Source of the DNA: Vicugna vicugna
Lineage: Eukaryota
Direction of reading: 5' to 3'
Assembly: GCA_013265495.1 (NCBI GenBank)
Contig: MU057744.1
Location: 1,378,356-1,442,355 of the forward strand
Length of the DNA stretch: 64,000 nt
Shown one piece after another: positions 60,491 through 64,000 of this stretch (within the stretch, counting starts at the first letter, position 1; the number at the start of each line of letters is the position of its first letter). The notes beneath the pieces are model-generated. The model ran no database searches and was not told the DNA's origin. It saw nothing but the letters and a program-made list of their open reading frames with translations. Both the position numbers and the translations under genes were made by a program.

Positions 60491-61029
60491 GAAATAAAAT
60501 ATCACTAATACCTTTAAAACTCTGTGGCTCCTTGCTGATTGCATCCTCTTCTCAACCCCTCCCCTCTCCCCGGGCTGTTTTATTTTTACATTCCCATGAA
60601 TTTTATTTTTATGTTTCTAATTCCTTAACAATATTGCTTCTAAATCTTATTTAAGTTGTATCATATTTTTTCCTTTGCAGGCTGATATTTTTATTTAACC
60701 TTCTGCTTATAAAATTCACCCATGGTCATATGTTTAGCTCTAGTTTATTTTTACTGCTGTGTGTTATTTCACTATGGAAACACACCACAGTGCATCTATC
60801 CATTCTTCTGTTTCTCCTCCTCCAAACAACTCTCCACGCTGCTGCTAGACAGATCTTTCTAAAAGGTAAATTCAACCAAGCCATTTCTCTGTTTAAAATC
60901 CTTTAGTGGCTTCTCTTTGTCGTCAGTGGGGGAAATTGTTTGCACAGGGTATAAAACTCCTTGTGATCTGGTCCCTCTTTACCTCTTCAGACTCCTCTCC
61001 TGCTGCTTCAAGATTTCCCCTTCATCAGC

Positions 61030-62240
61030 AGTTTGGTGTGTCTAACGTGTGTTTGCATTTATCTGTATTTTGTTTATCCTGCCTGAGTTCTCTGAGTTTC
61101 CTGAAATCATGATTTGCTGTTTTCTCATTAATTTCAGAAAATTCTCTTCCATTATCTCTTTAAATATCTCTTCTACCTCTTTCTCTTCATTCTTTTTCCT
61201 CTGAGAGTCCAATTCCAAATATATTAGACAATTTAAAATTGCCCAACTGATCTTGGACACCTTCTTCTTTTTTCCCTAACTTTATTTTCTCTTTCTGTTT
61301 AATTTTGGATCACTTTTTAAAAATATAAATGCAAGTTTGTTAATTTTTTCCCTTCTACCTGTGTTCAGTTTGCTAATAAACCCATCAAAGAAATTCTTCA
61401 TATCTGATATTGTGTTTACCATTTGTAGCATTTCCATTTGATTTTTAAAAGATAGTTTCCATTCGCTCTGCTTAAATTTCCTATCTGTTTATGCATTGGT
61501 CCATCTTTTCCACTATCCTTTAACATATTTTTTTAACAGTTCGACTGCACAAGCACATTATATTGCATGTAAATACATATATACAGTATACTGCATACTG
61601 CACTTTTTTTTTTAGTTTTCATATATGTACTAATTATTGTTTCTAAGAACACAGAGTAGATCTTTAGCTTTTTAAACTTACATAGTTATCAAACTAATAA
61701 TGCCAACTACAAAATAAGAATCAACAGAATGCAGTAATCCAATCAAAGGACAATCAGATGTGCTTACACATATTCAAGAAATCAAAATAATAATTAGTTC
61801 ATTTGTGTCATTATTATTGTTATTATTTTTTAGATTCCACGTATAAGTGATACCATATATTTTTCTTTCTCTGTCTGACTTACTTCACTTAGAATGACAA
61901 TCTCCAGGTCCATCCATGTTGCTGCAAATGGCATTATTTTATTCTTTTTTATGGCCAAGTAGTATTCCATTGTATATATGTACCACATCTTCTTTATCCA
62001 GCCATCTGGTGATGGACATGTGGGTTGTTCCCATGTGTTGGCTGTTGTAAATAGTGCTGCTGTGAACATTCCACTAATCCTTTAACATATTAATTGCAGT
62101 TATGTTAAATTCCCTAAGAGTTACAACATCTGGGTCATCTCTGAATCTGATTTTATTGATTCCTTCATCTGTTAACAGTGGGTTGTGTTTTCTTTGATTT
62201 ACTATGTGTCTCGTAATTTTTTATGGAATGATGGGCATCA
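61030..62240 (-). mobile_element. Ancient L1M ORF1-region remnant interrupted by a younger insertion
   Basis: Minus-strand ORF 61042-61260 reads EEIFKEIMEENFLKLM, which is ORF1p-like. The sequence resumes after 62071 with 'cctttaacatattaattgcagttatgttaaattcc'. Confidence 0.7.
61530..62070 (-). mobile_element. TSD-flanked chimeric retro-insertion: young L1 fragment (~61795-62070) + ~265 bp non-L1 sequence + short poly(A)
   Basis: Flanks are ccactatcctttaacatatt (61510-61529) and ccactaatcctttaacatatt (62071-62091), with a T-run at the left end. ORF 61830-62069 is an L1 ORF2 tail (MFTAALFTTANTWEQPTCPS). Confidence 0.75.
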
Positions 62241-64000
62241 TTCCCTACTCCACGGGCAGACAGCGGATGTGTCTACCCCTCCTCCAGACCCAGTGGCTCT
62301 TTGGCTGGTTCCTGGGGCAGGAGACAGGGCTTCTGCCCCTCCCATAGACGCAGACAGGCTTCCTTCTTCCTCTTGTTCAGCAGTCCTAGGGGAAGAGGGT
62401 TTGCTGCTGCTCCCCCTGGCTTAAGGCTTTTGCTTCACGGGAGAAGAACATCTGGGGAAGCGTGTGATGTTTTGTGCCCACCCCCTAGAAGCTGCATTCA
62501 CCAGCCACACATCTGTGTTAACGAGGGGGGCTTTCTCAGGCCCCCTGCCCTGTGAGTTCCAGTCTTTCTTATGAGCAGTGAGAGGAGTTTCATGGAAGAG
62601 TCTTGGGATGAGTGCAAACTTCTGTGTCCCTGGGGCTCTGAGTGCTAAACTGATAGACGAGCTGCATGTGGCCATTGGAAATCTGTTCACCTTTTAGCTG
62701 ATGTCTTCCTACCCACTTCTACTGCAGCCTCTTTTTCTCCTGCACTCTTTCAGTGGTCAAAGAGGTATTCTGTCCCCTCTGCTTGGAAGGGTTTGTCATT
62801 CTTTGGAATTCAGCCTTTGCTCTCTGCTGGGTTCAAGACAAGTCACGACTTGGTGGACGATCCAGCCTCTCCTCATTTTTAGGGTGGGAGCAGCCTCCCT
62901 TTGGGGCTCTACCCAATGTGAATGGAGGTAACTCCCAGACCCATCCTTCCTGCCTTCTCCTCCGTGTCCTGACCCTGTGCAAACAGAACATCCTGCGATA
63001 CTGAGGCAGTGCCACCCCACTCTCTGCTGGGAATGGCCTGCCCCATCACTCTTTTGTTGTCGTTTTAGCAGATTTTTTTTTCAACATAGTTTAAAAGCAA
63101 GTATTTTAAAAGCCTTGTTACTAGAGGCAGAGGTCCCTGTTCCTTCAGAGGCAACACTTTCAACTCCTTCGATGATTCTTTTGGTATATGCCTTCATATC
63201 TCTAAGTAACGTTTTTAGATGACTAGTTCTTAATTTTTCAGTTTTAGATAATGTCAATTTATATTCCATTATGGAAGATAAAGATATGCCTCTCTCTTTC
63301 TCCCTTTCCTCCACTACAAACATCCACCTCTTTGGTCCCCCACCCCACCTTCTAAAAATATTTCCTTATATCTTTGGTAAGATCAGTATTTAGAATTTAC
63401 TTTAATATGACCTTTTAAATGCTATTCAAAGCTGAACCATGGAATAAATTGTAATAATTTAAACCTTCTTCAAAAATATTCTGCTCTTCTTAGACTAAAT
63501 AATTGTCCTGTGTGCTTAGTTTCTATCGCTGACCCAATGCTAATCATTAATTCAACCCTAAACTCTGTGTCACAGGTCTCCATTCTTTCTCAGCACATTT
63601 AGATGCAACAGGTGTGTATGGGTTTCCCCTTCTGCCTGCTGGGCTCCGGCTGGACCACGCCTTGTGCCTAGCTGGTCTTGCTCGAGTCTTGCTTCACTAC
63701 CAATCAGCCTGCTGAACCCCCTGCCTCCCGTGCCAACGGCTTTTTCTTTTTTGGTTTATTTCACTATGCTGATGGAGTGTACAGTCAAGTAGCGTCCTTA
63801 GGTGACACACTCCCAGGGTTCGTGCCGGGTAAATTTACACCACTTGGCACCTCTCTGTTCTGTCGCTGGGGTCACAGCGGCGGCTGAGATACATGGGGTC
63901 CTCGCCTTCCTGGAGCTTTCAGTCCAGGGGGTGCAGCACGCACACAGACAAGACAAGCACAGGTAATAATAAGTGGAAATGATACGAGGAAAACAAAGCA

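Overview
Mammalian genomic DNA, most likely camelid: it has one tRNA-derived SINE resembling the camelid Vic-1 family, and I saw no Alu, Bov-tA/BovB or PRE-1 elements. The window is GC-rich and repeat-dense (L1 of several ages, L2, MIR, MaLR/MLT1 and ERV1-type solo LTRs, MER45A), and I recognise no intact protein-coding gene. Most ORFs in the supplied track are chance ORFs or L1 ORF2 remnants. The only firmly identifiable gene-derived sequence is a degraded, incompletely processed calmegin (CLGN) retrocopy at about 3090-3690. It has the 5'UTR and first exons spliced together, a 101-bp non-coding insert at an exon junction, and then ends in AT-rich intron-like sequence. It appears to sit inside a candidate decayed multi-exon gene on the + strand (about 2.65-22.2 kb) that I cannot name and that is supported only by splice-flanked segments. 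Near 61.5-62.1 kb a TSD-flanked insertion joins an L1 fragment to non-L1 sequence. Repeat family names and CLGN comparisons come from recalled consensus sequences, not a database search, and repeat boundaries are approximate.
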